Shown here: positions 36,290 to 46,732 of the stretch, piece after piece | Layout: every line of letters begins with the position of its first letter | Position numbering within the stretch: the first letter of the stretch is position 1 | Assembly (NCBI GenBank): GCA_964484565.1 | Contig: CAZAGG010000003.1 | Location: forward strand, 7,169 to 71,168 | DNA from: an uncultured Rickettsiales bacterium | Lineage (GTDB): Bacteria > Pseudomonadota > Alphaproteobacteria > Rickettsiales > CAZAGG01 | Reading direction: 5' to 3' | Length of the DNA stretch: 64,000 nucleotides | Notes under the pieces: generated by a model | The model's input: the letters and a program-made list of their open reading frames with translations, nothing else | Told to the model about the DNA's origin: nothing | The model's database searches: none | Position numbers and translations under genes: made by a program

Positions 36290-38155
36290 ATGCCAGACGT
36301 AATAAAAATAAACAATATAGGGAATGTACTTGCGGAAGTCATAGAAAAACTTGTTTCTTCTGGTCTTCTTCCCGCAAACATACCCATGCTATCTGGTGAG
36401 AGCTATCTTCACCTATTTGCTGGACTAGAAACGAAAGCTATGGCTAGAAGCAATCTAAAATTGGTAGGCTTAACCGACGAAGCACTGGTTGGCGCTTACG
36501 CAATGGGGCTTGCGAAATCTTCAGAAAAGCTCATTCCATCAATTTGCATGGTTACAAGAGAACCGGGGCTAGCTAACCTGCACCCCGTTATTGATGAAGC
36601 AAAACAAGCAAATACTCCTTTAATAATATTGGCAGGGCAAGTCCCTACTAGCAGAATTGGTCTTGGCTTAACTCAAGAAATAATACCTGAAGAATATAGC
36701 AATAAAATTACAGTCATTGAAATAACTGAGAAAGACCCAATTAAAGCCGTAAAGAAACTTCTAGAGGCTTATATCTCTGCTATAAAACCAGTTCCAAAGC
36801 CAGTTTTGGTGCTTATGCCATCCGATATTTTGGCGCATCCACTAGATACAGATGATGAATATCTTGAGGCTCTATCAAGTGGAATAAGTGCTGCATTAGC
36901 CGAATTTAAAGAAAAACTTAAACAAAAAGATAAGCCCAATCAGTCTATAATAAATAGTGCCGCGCAAATGATAGGGCAATCAAATTCTCCGATAATAATC
37001 GGCGGGCATATTGTATCTTCAACAAAATCTCATGCTGCTTTTAATAAATTAGCGACTGACCAATCAATAGGGGTAATTAGCGAGTTTAGAAATCAAGAAG
37101 TCACTAACACCAATGATCCCAACAAAGTGGGCTGCGCTTCACTTAGCTGGAACCACCAGTTAAAAAGCGTTTTTGCAGAATCAGACCTTGTTATAATCTG
37201 TGGAAGGCCAGAGATAGAATCAATGGAGAATTTAAATCCATATCTATTTGAGGGTAAAAAAGTTATTCACATCAATCTAGATGATGATTATGCAGATTCA
37301 ATTCGAAGAAATGAAAAACATCCTTTGCACTATGTGAAAGATGAGGATTATATCGCAATTACAGGCAATGTTAACGAGGTATTCTCTGCATTACAGCAAG
37401 CAACTGGCGTGCTTCATGTCAATCAAAAGCAATCTCGTGATAGCTGGCTTGAACAACATCATCAAAATTTTATTGAAGCAAGAAACAACGTATTTACAGA
37501 TGGTTTAGAAGGCGATGGCATTGATCCAGCGCGCTTCATGGCAGCGATTGCTGAAATCTTTCCACACGCTATTCACACAACCGATGCGGGAAATTGCATG
37601 ATTCCAGCGGAAATGATTTTTGATAAAACTATCGCACCCACAAATGGCACAATGGGGCTTTCTGGTGGATTCGCCCTTGGTGCAGCAGCCGCCTCACCAA
37701 ATAATTCTGTATTCTGCCATATGGGAGATGGCGCATTCTTTATGAAAAATATTGGCGCAATAGCCGATGCGGTAAACCAAGAATTACCAATCAACTTTAT
37801 TGTATATAACAATGTCAAGCACGCCACTATATACATGCACGCAAGAAACGCGGGATATGATGACCTTCATGCTACCGATCTTGCACATCACAACTACGCT
37901 AATATAGGAAGATCAATCACAGGAATTGCCTTCAGAATTGAGCAAACCCAGCATATACCAGAGTTATTACAATACATTCAAGAACTCAGAAACAATGGCG
38001 AGAATAGGCCAATCGTTATCGAAGTAATGGTACACGAAAAATATGTAGCGCCTCATCTAACAACCGATGATCTTGCCAAAGTTCCCAAAAAATCGCCCAT
38101 AGACCTTAACTTGGCAGGCAATCCACATACAGCGCAAAAACAAATCAAAAAATAA
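36290..38155 (+). CDS. thiamine-diphosphate-dependent enzyme (acetolactate-synthase-like fold, subfamily unclear)
   Basis: 621 aa. Canonical ThDP motif GDGAFFMKNIGAIADAVNQELPINFIVYNN (GDG-X25-NN). The N-terminal Pyr domain is divergent. Confidence 0.75.
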   Translation: MPDVIKINNIGNVLAEVIEKLVSSGLLPANIPMLSGESYLHLFAGLETKAMARSNLKLVGLTDEALVGAYAMGLAKSSEKLIPSICMVTREPGLANLHPVIDEAKQANTPLIILAGQVPTSRIGLGLTQEIIPEEYSNKITVIEITEKDPIKAVKKLLEAYISAIKPVPKPVLVLMPSDILAHPLDTDDEYLEALSSGISAALAEFKEKLKQKDKPNQSIINSAAQMIGQSNSPIIIGGHIVSSTKSHAAFNKLATDQSIGVISEFRNQEVTNTNDPNKVGCASLSWNHQLKSVFAESDLVIICGRPEIESMENLNPYLFEGKKVIHINLDDDYADSIRRNEKHPLHYVKDEDYIAITGNVNEVFSALQQATGVLHVNQKQSRDSWLEQHHQNFIEARNNVFTDGLEGDGIDPARFMAAIAEIFPHAIHTTDAGNCMIPAEMIFDKTIAPTNGTMGLSGGFALGAAAASPNNSVFCHMGDGAFFMKNIGAIADAVNQELPINFIVYNNVKHATIYMHARNAGYDDLHATDLAHHNYANIGRSITGIAFRIEQTQHIPELLQYIQELRNNGENRPIVIEVMVHEKYVAPHLTTDDLAKVPKKSPIDLNLAGNPHTAQKQIKK

Positions 38156-38226
38156 TTGTTGGAACGGTTTTGGCTTTCTGCTAGGAAAGTCTCTTTCGTA
38201 TAAAACATTATAAAGATTATATCAGG

Positions 38227-39756
38227 ATGCAGACACCAATTGTCAAAGAACTTGAGAAAAAACGTGAAGATGCCAGACAGGGCGGCGGAATAACAAGAAT
38301 AGATGCGCAACATTCAAAGGGTAAACTAACCGCTCGCGAGAGAATCAGCGTTCTTTTGGATACAGATTCATTTGAAGAATTCGATATGTTTGTAGAACAT
38401 CGCGGAACGCACTTTGGCATCGATAAAACAAAAATTTCAGGCGATGGCGTAGTCACAGGGCACGGCACAATCAATGGTCGCCCTGTTTTTGTTTACAGCC
38501 AAGACTTTACCGTGTTTGGAGGCAGTTTAAGCGAAACCAACGCGAAAAAAATCTGTAAAATTATGGATATGGCCATTAAATATGGCACCCCCCTAATTGG
38601 AATTAATGACTCTGGCGGAGCGCGCATTCACGAAGGTGTTGATTCGCTTGGTGGATATGCCGAGATCTTTCAACGAAATGTTATAGCCTCTGGAGTTGTT
38701 CCGCAAATATCTTTAATTATGGGCCCATGCGCTGGTGGGGCTGTTTATTCCCCTGCCCTAACTGACTTTATCGTCATGGTAAGAGATAGCTCTTATATGT
38801 TCGTAACAGGGCCTGAGGTCGTAAAAACAGTTACCCACGAGATTGTTACCCAAGAAGAATTAGGCGGGGCAGATACACACACTCGCAAAACTGGCGTTGC
38901 TGATCTTGCATTTGATAACGATATTGAAACATTACAACAAACACGCAAGCTATTTAATTATCTTCCGCTTTCCAACCTGCAATCTGCACCATATAGGCCA
39001 ACAACTGATTCGGCAGACAGGGTTGAGATGTCGTTAAATACTCTGGTGCCTGAGAATCCTAACAAGCCATACGACATGCTTGAGCTTATTCACCGAGTGG
39101 CAGATGAAGGCGAATTTTTTGAGATACAGCCAGATTATGCGAAGAATGTTATTATTGGATTTGCAAGAATGGATGGTCACCCAGTCGGAATTGTTGCAAA
39201 TCAGCCAATGCACCTAGCTGGATGTCTTGACATTGATGCCTCAAGGAAAGCTGCGCGTTTCGTGAGATTCTGCGATGCTTTTAATATTCCATTAGTTACA
39301 TTTGTTGATGTACCTGGATTTTTACCAGGAACATCACAAGAGCATAACGGGATCATTAAACATGGTGCGAAACTGCTTTATGCCTATGCGGAAGCAACCG
39401 TTCCTAAAATTACAGTAATTACCCGCAAGGCGTATGGTGGGGCTTATGACGTTATGAGTTCAAAACACTTACGCGGCGATATAAACTACGCTTGGCCTTC
39501 TGCTGAGATTGCTGTTATGGGTCCAAAAGGTGCGGTGGAAATTATATTCAGGGGTCTTTCTCAAGAAGAGCTTGAGCAAAAAACTGAAGATTATCGCAAA
39601 ACATTTGCAAGCCCGTTTGTTGCAGCGTCTCGCGGCTATATAGATGATATTATAAGACCTCAAAACACCCGCTTTAGAATCTGTAAGGCATTATCTGTTT
39701 TGAGATCAAAGAAACTGGAAAATCCTTGGAAAAAACACGATAACTTGCCACTATAA
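38227..39756 (+). CDS. pccB: propionyl-CoA carboxylase beta subunit (carboxyltransferase)
   Basis: 509 aa, a typical acyl-CoA carboxylase carboxyltransferase (GKLTARERI..., [18 protein letters not shown]). Confidence 0.9.
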   Translation: MQTPIVKELEKKREDARQGGGITRIDAQHSKGKLTARERISVLLDTDSFEEFDMFVEHRGTHFGIDKTKISGDGVVTGHGTINGRPVFVYSQDFTVFGGSLSETNAKKICKIMDMAIKYGTPLIGINDSGGARIHEGVDSLGGYAEIFQRNVIASGVVPQISLIMGPCAGGAVYSPALTDFIVMVRDSSYMFVTGPEVVKTVTHEIVTQEELGGADTHTRKTGVADLAFDNDIETLQQTRKLFNYLPLSNLQSAPYRPTTDSADRVEMSLNTLVPENPNKPYDMLELIHRVADEGEFFEIQPDYAKNVIIGFARMDGHPVGIVANQPMHLAGCLDIDASRKAARFVRFCDAFNIPLVTFVDVPGFLPGTSQEHNGIIKHGAKLLYAYAEATVPKITVITRKAYGGAYDVMSSKHLRGDINYAWPSAEIAVMGPKGAVEIIFRGLSQEELEQKTEDYRKTFASPFVAASRGYIDDIIRPQNTRFRICKALSVLRSKKLENPWKKHDNLPL

Positions 39757-39760
39757 ATCT

Positions 39761-40249
39761 ATGACTAATGATACACCAAATAGCGAACTAGACAGCCCAA
39801 AGTTAAGGGGTATAATTACCAAAACTATGGCCGCACGAGCAATGAAACAACTAAAAATGGTTGTGCTAGATAACGGAGAAGTTGATCTCTATTCTTCGAT
39901 TGGATGGTGGGCTCCCTCAAATATTGATAGTTTCCTATACTTTATTCTGAACGGCACTGGGATAGGAGAGATAATAGACACCGCAAAAGATCAGAATAAA
40001 ATGCGTGAACGAATCATGGAAACAATCTTTCTTGCAGAAGTTATAAAAGATTGCACTATAGTTCCTTATCAAGACTTTAACATGCAAGCAAGAATGGGAT
40101 TAATTGCAAAAGATGAAGTAACGGGAGAAGAAAAGGCATTTGGAAGATTCATAGTAAGATTCAAACAATCTGAATTTCTAGATACTCTCAAAGACTTTAT
40201 CGAACAACACCTAAAGCCAATAGGCTTTGATTACGAAAGAGCTATTTAG
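39761..40249 (+). CDS. hypothetical protein
   Basis: 162-aa ORF starting 4 nt after the pccB stop. No family recognised. Confidence 0.55.
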   Translation: MTNDTPNSELDSPKLRGIITKTMAARAMKQLKMVVLDNGEVDLYSSIGWWAPSNIDSFLYFILNGTGIGEIIDTAKDQNKMRERIMETIFLAEVIKDCTIVPYQDFNMQARMGLIAKDEVTGEEKAFGRFIVRFKQSEFLDTLKDFIEQHLKPIGFDYERAI

Positions 40250-40252
40250 ATA

Positions 40253-40510
40253 ATGCCTGAAATATCAAGATTTTTAGGAATTCTTATTACAATGTATTAT
40301 GACGAACATGGCTTGCCACACTTTCATGCCAAATATAACGATTATAGGTTAACAATGGAAATTAATAGCGGTATAATTAGTGGCAAGTTTCCGAGAAGAG
40401 CAATGAAAAATCTTATAGAATGGTACGAGATACATAAAGAAGAGTTATTGTTAAACTGGGAGCTTGCTAGAAATGGCAAGCCTCTAAATGCTATTGAACC
40501 TTTGGAGTAG
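40253..40510 (+). CDS. DUF4160-family protein
   Basis: 85 aa. MPEISRFLGILITMYYDEHGLPHFHAKYNDY is the DUF4160 signature. Confidence 0.75.
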   Translation: MPEISRFLGILITMYYDEHGLPHFHAKYNDYRLTMEINSGIISGKFPRRAMKNLIEWYEIHKEELLLNWELARNGKPLNAIEPLE

Positions 40511-40512
40511 AT

Positions 40513-40767
40513 ATGGATTATAAATTAACCAAAGCCTCTTATATTGAGGGATATAAAATCGCCGTTGAATTTAACGATGGTGTAAAAGGTGTTATTGATT
40601 TATCTGATGCTCTAAAAGGCGAAGTTTTTGAGCCTTTGAAAAATGTTCACTTTTTTAGAGAGTTTACTATTAATCATGAATTTGAAACCATTACATGGCC
40701 AAATGGAGCTGATATTGCTCCTGAATCTTTACGTATTCGTGCTTTAAACTATAACCAAAACAAATAA
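40513..40767 (+). CDS. DUF2442-family protein
   Basis: 84 aa. YKIAVEFNDGVKGVIDLSD...ITWPNGADIAPESL matches the DUF2442 pattern. Confidence 0.75.
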   Translation: MDYKLTKASYIEGYKIAVEFNDGVKGVIDLSDALKGEVFEPLKNVHFFREFTINHEFETITWPNGADIAPESLRIRALNYNQNK

Positions 40768-42798
40768 ATGTTCGAGAAAATATTAATCGCCAACCGCGGC
40801 GAAATAGCGGTAAGAATCATGAAAACAGTCCGCAAGATGGGCATTTCAACTGTTGCTGTTTATTCACAGGCTGATACTTCTGCGCTTCATGTTATAGAAG
40901 CCGATGAAGCTGTGTTTATTGGCCCTTCTCCATCTGTGCAGAGCTATCTTTCTGTTCCAAACCTTATATCTGCAATCAGAAAGACTGGCGCAGATGCTGT
41001 TCATCCTGGATATGGCTTTCTTTCAGAAAACGCAGAATTTGCTAAAGCTCTTAAGAAAGAAGGCGTTACCTTCATTGGCCCTGATATTAAAGCAATTGGC
41101 CTGATGGGTGATAAAATAGAAGCAAAGAAAATTGCTCGCAAGGCCAATGTTAATACCGTTCCAGGAACATTAGACGCGGTTGACTCAGTGGAGCAAGCCG
41201 CAAGAATTTGTAAGGAAATCGGCTACCCTGTTATGATAAAAGCAGCAGCGGGCGGCGGTGGCAAGGGAATGCGAATTGTAAATAATGATACTGAACTTGC
41301 AGAAAGCATTCGCGCGGCAGCACATGAGGCTGGCTCTAGCTTCAGCGATGACAGAGTATTTATTGAGAAATATATCAAAAAACCACGCCATATCGAGATT
41401 CAGGTTCTCGGAGATAAACATGGAAATTATGTATATCTTGGTGAGCGCGAATGCTCAATCCAGCGCAGACACCAAAAGATTATCGAAGAAGCACCAAGCC
41501 CATTTCTCGACGAAGAAACCAGAAAAGCGATGGGTGAGCAAGCAGTTGCTCTTGCTAAAGCAGCGGGATATTACTCAGCAGGAACAGTAGAATTCATAGT
41601 TGATGAAGAAAGAAATTTCTACTTCCTCGAAATGAATACAAGGCTACAGGTTGAGCACCGCGTAACCGAGTTAATCACTGGCTATGATTTAGTTGAACTA
41701 ATGATTAAAATTGCAGCGGGCGAGAAACTTCCTTTCAATCAAGAAGATATTAAGCTAAATGGCTGGGCTTTAGAAAGCCGAATATATTCTGAAGATCCGA
41801 CTCGTGGCTTCCTTCCATCAATTGGAAGAATTACTGGCTACAGAGAACCAGAGGCAAAGACTGGGATACTCATTGATAGCGGAGTTTATGAAGGCTCAGA
41901 AGTGAATATGTTTTATGATCCAATGATTTCAAAACTATGCACTTATGCAGAGACTCGTGAAAAAGCAATTGAGCTTATGAAAAATGCTCTTTCAGAATAT
42001 GTAATTCATGGAGTCTCACACAACGTTAGCTTTTTAGAAGCAATTATCAATAATGAACGCTTCCAAAGCGGCGATATGTCAACCAACTTTATTGCGGAAG
42101 AATATCCAAAAGGTTTCTTGGGTGCAGAGCTTAACTCAGAAATCACCAGAAACCTAATTGCTGCCGCCGTTCATATTCACATGAGAACCCTTGAACGCGA
42201 AGATAGAATAGAAGGGCAACTTCCAGGGCGTCAGAGAATTGTTGCCGCAAGGTGGGTTATCAACGTTGATGGAGAAAACTACTACGTTTTCGTAACTAAG
42301 CGCGAAAATGGCTATGATGTTGCATATGAAGATGAAATCATCGCTGTAAGAAGCGAGTGGGAACCAGGCAGAAAACTATTTCAAGGCGCAGTAAACGGTA
42401 AGAACTTTAGTGTGAAATTTGATAACCTCGTTGAAGGTTACCGAATGACGCACTCTGGCTCTACAGTAAATGTCATTCCACGCACTCCGCGAGTTGCAGA
42501 ACTTATAAAATACATGCCTGAAAAATCATCCACAAAAAAGAAACCCCATCTGACATCACCTCTTGCAGGGTTAATTGTCGGTGTTCGGGTTAAAGAAGGT
42601 GATCATGTTAAAGCTGGAAATCCAATCATACTTATTGAAGCTATGAAAATGGAAAACTTAGTGACTGCAGACCACGATGTTGATATAAAATCTGTAAACG
42701 TAGCTGTGGGAGACAGCGTTGCAATGGGTCAGGTCTTAGTTGAATTTGCTGAAAAAGCCGAAGAAGCTCCAGCAAAAAAGCAAGATAAAGCCGCTTAA
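40768..42798 (+). CDS. pccA: propionyl-CoA carboxylase alpha subunit (biotin carboxylase plus BCCP)
   Basis: 676 aa. KILIANRGEIA, the ATP-grasp fold, and a C-terminal biotinyl-lysine motif EAMKMEN. Confidence 0.92.
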   Translation: MFEKILIANRGEIAVRIMKTVRKMGISTVAVYSQADTSALHVIEADEAVFIGPSPSVQSYLSVPNLISAIRKTGADAVHPGYGFLSENAEFAKALKKEGVTFIGPDIKAIGLMGDKIEAKKIARKANVNTVPGTLDAVDSVEQAARICKEIGYPVMIKAAAGGGGKGMRIVNNDTELAESIRAAAHEAGSSFSDDRVFIEKYIKKPRHIEIQVLGDKHGNYVYLGERECSIQRRHQKIIEEAPSPFLDEETRKAMGEQAVALAKAAGYYSAGTVEFIVDEERNFYFLEMNTRLQVEHRVTELITGYDLVELMIKIAAGEKLPFNQEDIKLNGWALESRIYSEDPTRGFLPSIGRITGYREPEAKTGILIDSGVYEGSEVNMFYDPMISKLCTYAETREKAIELMKNALSEYVIHGVSHNVSFLEAIINNERFQSGDMSTNFIAEEYPKGFLGAELNSEITRNLIAAAVHIHMRTLEREDRIEGQLPGRQRIVAARWVINVDGENYYVFVTKRENGYDVAYEDEIIAVRSEWEPGRKLFQGAVNGKNFSVKFDNLVEGYRMTHSGSTVNVIPRTPRVAELIKYMPEKSSTKKKPHLTSPLAGLIVGVRVKEGDHVKAGNPIILIEAMKMENLVTADHDVDIKSVNVAVGDSVAMGQVLVEFAEKAEEAPAKKQDKAA

Positions 42799-42856
42799 TT
42801 TTGCATATTTAGTCTGCCTCCTAGATAGTGTAGCAGATAAAACAGGGAGATGGACC

Positions 42857-43240
42857 ATGACAACAACATTAAGCGAGTTTGACGACATCCAATCAAACAT
42901 TGATCTTCATATTCAAATCTGTGAATTAGAAATTCTTGCTTTGATAAATAAAAAGGGCGGATGGGTCAAAACTTATGACGAACTAAAGCCAGAATTTGAT
43001 AATGATCACAAACACCTATATCGCCACGCTTTTCAAAGGCTTTTCAACGCGGGCTTTATAGAGATAGATTCATATAAACCAGATGAAGAAACAAAAGCCA
43101 CATCAACCATTAAAATCACTGAAGAAGGGATGGATATATTATCTATTGCGGAAGTAAGACTGCAAAACTATGGGCAATATGAAGTTCATCACCCTGAGCT
43201 ATTATCTCATGCCAAATCAATCATTGCTATTCAGATTTGA
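42857..43240 (+). CDS. hypothetical protein, possibly winged-helix-like
   Basis: 127 aa from the ATG at 42857, preceded by AGGGAGA. The track ORF starts at 42740, inside pccA. ILALINKKGGWVKTYDEL...FQRLFNAGFIEI...ITEEGMDIL resembles a wHTH layout; this is weak inference. Confidence 0.5.
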   Translation: MTTTLSEFDDIQSNIDLHIQICELEILALINKKGGWVKTYDELKPEFDNDHKHLYRHAFQRLFNAGFIEIDSYKPDEETKATSTIKITEEGMDILSIAEVRLQNYGQYEVHHPELLSHAKSIIAIQI

Positions 43241-43271
43241 TAACCATCAATATGAATATAGAGCGTAAATA

Positions 43272-44609
43272 ATGACTAATTGTAATGATGAAAACGAAGA
43301 AAATGCAATTAACATAGAGTGTTTAACCAAAACTTATCTGATATACGAAAAGCCATCTGATAGGTTAAAGCAATTTCTGTTTAGGGGTAGGAAAAGATTC
43401 TATAAAGAACATCCCGCTCTTAAGGGAATATCACTCGAAATAAAACGAGGCGAAACGGTAGGCTTAGTGGGCAGAAATGGCTCTGGTAAATCAACATTAC
43501 TGCAAATTATTGTAGGAACCCTTCCACAAACATCTGGAAACTGCAAAGTAAATGGCAGAATATCAGCACTGCTTGAACTGGGTGCTGGTTTTAATCCAGA
43601 ATTTACTGGCCGCGAGAATATTTATATGAACGCTGCAATATTAGGGCTTTCTAAAGCTGAGACTGATAGCAAATTTGATTCAATTGTAGAATTCTCTGGC
43701 ATTAAAAATTTCATTGATCGCCCTGTTAAAACTTATTCAAGCGGAATGTATATTAGACTTGCCTTCTCAGTTGCTGTTGCAACTGATCCAGAAATCTTGA
43801 TTGTTGACGAGGCTCTAGCCGTTGGCGATGAGGCGTTTCAGAAAAAGTGCTTCGACAAGATACAAAGCCTTAAAGACTCTGGCACAACCATCTTATTTGT
43901 ATCCCACTCGGCGGGTGCAATTGTCGAAATATGCGATAGAGCCGTTTTGATGGATAGTGGAGAGATTCTAATGATAGACTCTCCGAAGAAAGTTATAGCC
44001 AACTATCACAAAATGATATTTGCACCTCAAGATAAAATTTCTGAAATCCGCGACCAAATTCTAGGCAATAGCAGTGGCGGAAACAGCCTGCAAAATTCTG
44101 AATTTGAATCCTTAGAGGAAGATGAGGCTTCTTACGATAAAAACCTGCTTCCTGAAACAACTGTAACTTATGAATCAAATGGCGCGATAATTAGCAACCC
44201 ACGCATCGTTGATATGAAAGATAGACAGGTTAATCTTCTAGATAGACGAGGTAAGTATAAGGTTAAATTTGACGTTCAGTTTAACAAACACTCTGAATCA
44301 GTTTTATTTGGAATGCTAATAAAATCAATGAGTGGAATTGAAATCGCAGGTTCAACCTCAGCAACCAGACAAAACGCCGTTACAATCGCAGAAGCAGGGA
44401 GCAGAGCAGAAGTTGAATTTACATTCGATTGCTTGTTAATGGCTGGCACTTATTTTATAAACTGTGGCTGCTCTGGATTGATAGCAGGTGAGAGAAAGTT
44501 CCTGCACCGCATTATTGACGGCCTGATGTTTAGGGTTAATCCTGAGCCTGAAATTTTGGTTGGCGGCATTGCCGACTTATATATTGAAGCAAAAATTAAT
44601 ATGTGCTAG
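43272..44609 (+). CDS. ABC transporter ATP-binding protein, Wzt/TagH/KpsT polysaccharide-export type with a C-terminal extension
   Basis: 445 aa. GRNGSGKSTLL, LLELGAGFNPEFTGRENIY, YSSGMYIRLAFSVA and ILIVDEALAVGD are present, plus a C-terminal domain of about 190 aa. No ABC-2 permease gene is adjacent. Confidence 0.85.
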   Translation: MTNCNDENEENAINIECLTKTYLIYEKPSDRLKQFLFRGRKRFYKEHPALKGISLEIKRGETVGLVGRNGSGKSTLLQIIVGTLPQTSGNCKVNGRISALLELGAGFNPEFTGRENIYMNAAILGLSKAETDSKFDSIVEFSGIKNFIDRPVKTYSSGMYIRLAFSVAVATDPEILIVDEALAVGDEAFQKKCFDKIQSLKDSGTTILFVSHSAGAIVEICDRAVLMDSGEILMIDSPKKVIANYHKMIFAPQDKISEIRDQILGNSSGGNSLQNSEFESLEEDEASYDKNLLPETTVTYESNGAIISNPRIVDMKDRQVNLLDRRGKYKVKFDVQFNKHSESVLFGMLIKSMSGIEIAGSTSATRQNAVTIAEAGSRAEVEFTFDCLLMAGTYFINCGCSGLIAGERKFLHRIIDGLMFRVNPEPEILVGGIADLYIEAKINMC

Positions 44610-44623
44610 TTTGCCCATCGAAT

Positions 44624-45025
44624 ATGCTTACTATCGATACAAAAAAGGTGTTTAGAATCTTCATTGCTGTGTTTTTACTCAGCATTACGCTGCCTTTTTA
44701 TTCTGCATCTGCAAGTATGAATATAAAATCTAATGAAGATAGTAATCTTATTCAGATATGTTCCGCAAATGGTATAAAGTGGATAGCTCTAGACGATAGC
44801 GGCAAAGAAAAAGACTCAAACTCAAAAAGCAGCAAAACCCTTCACGAATGCCCAGTCTGTTATTTGAACAAGATTTCCGTAACTACACCCTCACCTGCTT
44901 TTAACGGAATTTATCCATCAAACCTTGCATCACTTGTAAAAAATTGGTGGGCTGTTGATTTATATTCCCCATTAATCCTTGCGGAAAATCTTAAAAGCCG
45001 CGCCCCTCCCTATATCATCGCATAA
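44624..45025 (+). CDS. small secreted/membrane-anchored protein with an HECPVC motif (possibly DUF2946-like)
   Basis: Signal-like N-terminus MLTIDTKKVFRIFIAVFLLSITLPFYSASA and a CxxC preceded by His. An alternative GTG start at 44603 overlaps the ABC ATPase stop. Confidence 0.55.
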   Translation: MLTIDTKKVFRIFIAVFLLSITLPFYSASASMNIKSNEDSNLIQICSANGIKWIALDDSGKEKDSNSKSSKTLHECPVCYLNKISVTTPSPAFNGIYPSNLASLVKNWWAVDLYSPLILAENLKSRAPPYIIA

Positions 45026-45131
45026 TACTCTTATAAAACAAGCCTGTTAGCAATAGCATTGTCTATCATGCTTGCTCTCGCAAGCCGCTTGGGCGAAGTA
45101 ATTTCACTTAAATTAATTCAATTTTATTATT

Positions 45132-45893
45132 ATGATTCAGAATATTAAGACTCAGGTCATCACCCATTCCCAACACGAAGAAAAACATGTTCACGGCAGA
45201 ACAACATTCGATAAAGCATTAACCATTGCTGGAATTACTGGTGCAGCTATATCAATCTCCCCTCTCATTATGGAAAAAGCTGGCATCGGCAGAAAAGAGT
45301 TTGATTTCTTCGCACATAACTGCTGCCCAGTGATTGAGAAAAACGGCATTTCTTTATGCACCAACAAAGACGGCATTAAAACATATGGCATAGCTGGCGC
45401 AATATCCGCAGGCCTAGATAGAATTCCCGTTGTGGGTGGAACCTTATCAAAAGGCGGCATCGAATCAGCATTAACTTCAGGTGGGCTAATGATATTCGGC
45501 CATCAAGTCGGCGGATTAATAAGAGGAGGTGCCCCAAAGGGTAGCTTCCGCGCTCGCCTTGCAGGCATTACCAGCACTACATTACAGCTCTTCGGCCTTG
45601 TTATTGCACTGCCTGCCATCTTACCATCTGTTGGACACGGACTTGCCTATATCTCTTCAACAATTGGTATAGATAAAATTGATTACGAAGGCAAAGATTC
45701 AACGGGTCCAGCAACTGCTCTGATGGGTGTGCTTGGCAAAGTTCCAGGTGAATGTAAAAGCACGGCAAAACTAAATGATGGAGCTTACGGAAGTATAGGG
45801 GTTCTATGCTGCCTTGCCAATGCAGTGATTCCATCAATATCGACAATATTTTCTGCAAACAACAAGCAATCAAGTAACGAGATAATAAGATGA
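45132..45893 (+). CDS. hypothetical Gly-rich membrane protein with a His-rich N-terminus
   Basis: 253 aa. THSQHEEKHVHG at the N-terminus, several Gly/Ala-rich hydrophobic segments (glycine-zipper-like GxxxG runs), and Cys pairs HNCCP and LCCL. Confidence 0.6.
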   Translation: MIQNIKTQVITHSQHEEKHVHGRTTFDKALTIAGITGAAISISPLIMEKAGIGRKEFDFFAHNCCPVIEKNGISLCTNKDGIKTYGIAGAISAGLDRIPVVGGTLSKGGIESALTSGGLMIFGHQVGGLIRGGAPKGSFRARLAGITSTTLQLFGLVIALPAILPSVGHGLAYISSTIGIDKIDYEGKDSTGPATALMGVLGKVPGECKSTAKLNDGAYGSIGVLCCLANAVIPSISTIFSANNKQSSNEIIR

Positions 45894-46732
45894 TAGAACG
45901 CGCAGCACATAAACCATCCATTGATTTATCAACACTTTCCGAAAATGAATTGGCAGAGCTTCGAGCTAAACATCTTGAAGAAATAAAGCAGCTTGAAAAT
46001 CCCAGTATCTTCCAGAAGGTTGCAGGATTTGCCTCAAGACTTTTTGTTGCATCTTCAACTCTAGTTGCCGGCCTCTTCATTGCGGAAAAAACATTTATTA
46101 GTAATAGCAGAAATAAATTTGCCAAAGAAGCTGAACGCAAACTCACTAATAGCAACAAAACACGCACAGAATATGACTATCTCACTATACTACCAGAAGT
46201 TCCTGATAAACCTCAGGCAGATATTGTTTGGTCATGCGCTGGATGTAGTGGCTGTACTGGCGGAATGTATGGCCAATGTGGAGCAGTTAAAATTGATGAT
46301 AACGCGCCAAATAAAGCCAACTATCACCCCGTAACAGAAGATCAAATTGCTACACTAAAAGCAAAAGGTGATTACGCACAAAAAGCAAAAAAATATTATG
46401 CAGAGCATCCCAATGATCCAAAACTGCAAATAAGGGGAATGGAGGATTTAACTGGTGTCAAATATCAAGGCACAAAAACTGCCACACCTAGCGAAGAAAA
46501 AACTGATGAAAAAGCAAGGAATCATAGCATTGAAAAACAATGGATATTCGCATCAGTTACATCATCAATATTCTCTCTAATAACCCTGAAATGGGTTGAT
46601 GATATTTTTGCAAAACCTACCAAAGATCACATTCATCATTTAAAGCACGAAGTTCAGCACATTGAAGATGAAATGAACTTCCGCGAAAGAATAAAAAATC
46701 AGAAAACAACTCAATCAGAAAGCATAAGATAA
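45890..46732 (+). CDS. hypothetical two-TM protein with a CX2CX2CX7C cluster and a His-rich tail
   Basis: 280 aa with an ATGA overlap onto the upstream gene. WSCAGCSGCTGGMYGQCG lies between two hydrophobic segments. The C-terminal tail reads DHIHHLKHEVQHIEDE. Confidence 0.6.
   Translation: MIERAAHKPSIDLSTLSENELAELRAKHLEEIKQLENPSIFQKVAGFASRLFVASSTLVAGLFIAEKTFISNSRNKFAKEAERKLTNSNKTRTEYDYLTILPEVPDKPQADIVWSCAGCSGCTGGMYGQCGAVKIDDNAPNKANYHPVTEDQIATLKAKGDYAQKAKKYYAEHPNDPKLQIRGMEDLTGVKYQGTKTATPSEEKTDEKARNHSIEKQWIFASVTSSIFSLITLKWVDDIFAKPTKDHIHHLKHEVQHIEDEMNFRERIKNQKTTQSESIR

Noticed and set aside
45601-46167. 188-aa minus-strand ORF spanning the junction of the 253-aa and 280-aa orphan genes
   Set aside because: Its composition (runs of L/S/R/C and no plausible domain) looks like an antisense artefact. 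The + strand genes show start/stop coupling (ATGA, TAATG) and coherent TM and motif structure. Because the + strand genes are themselves orphans, this rejection is less certain than the others.
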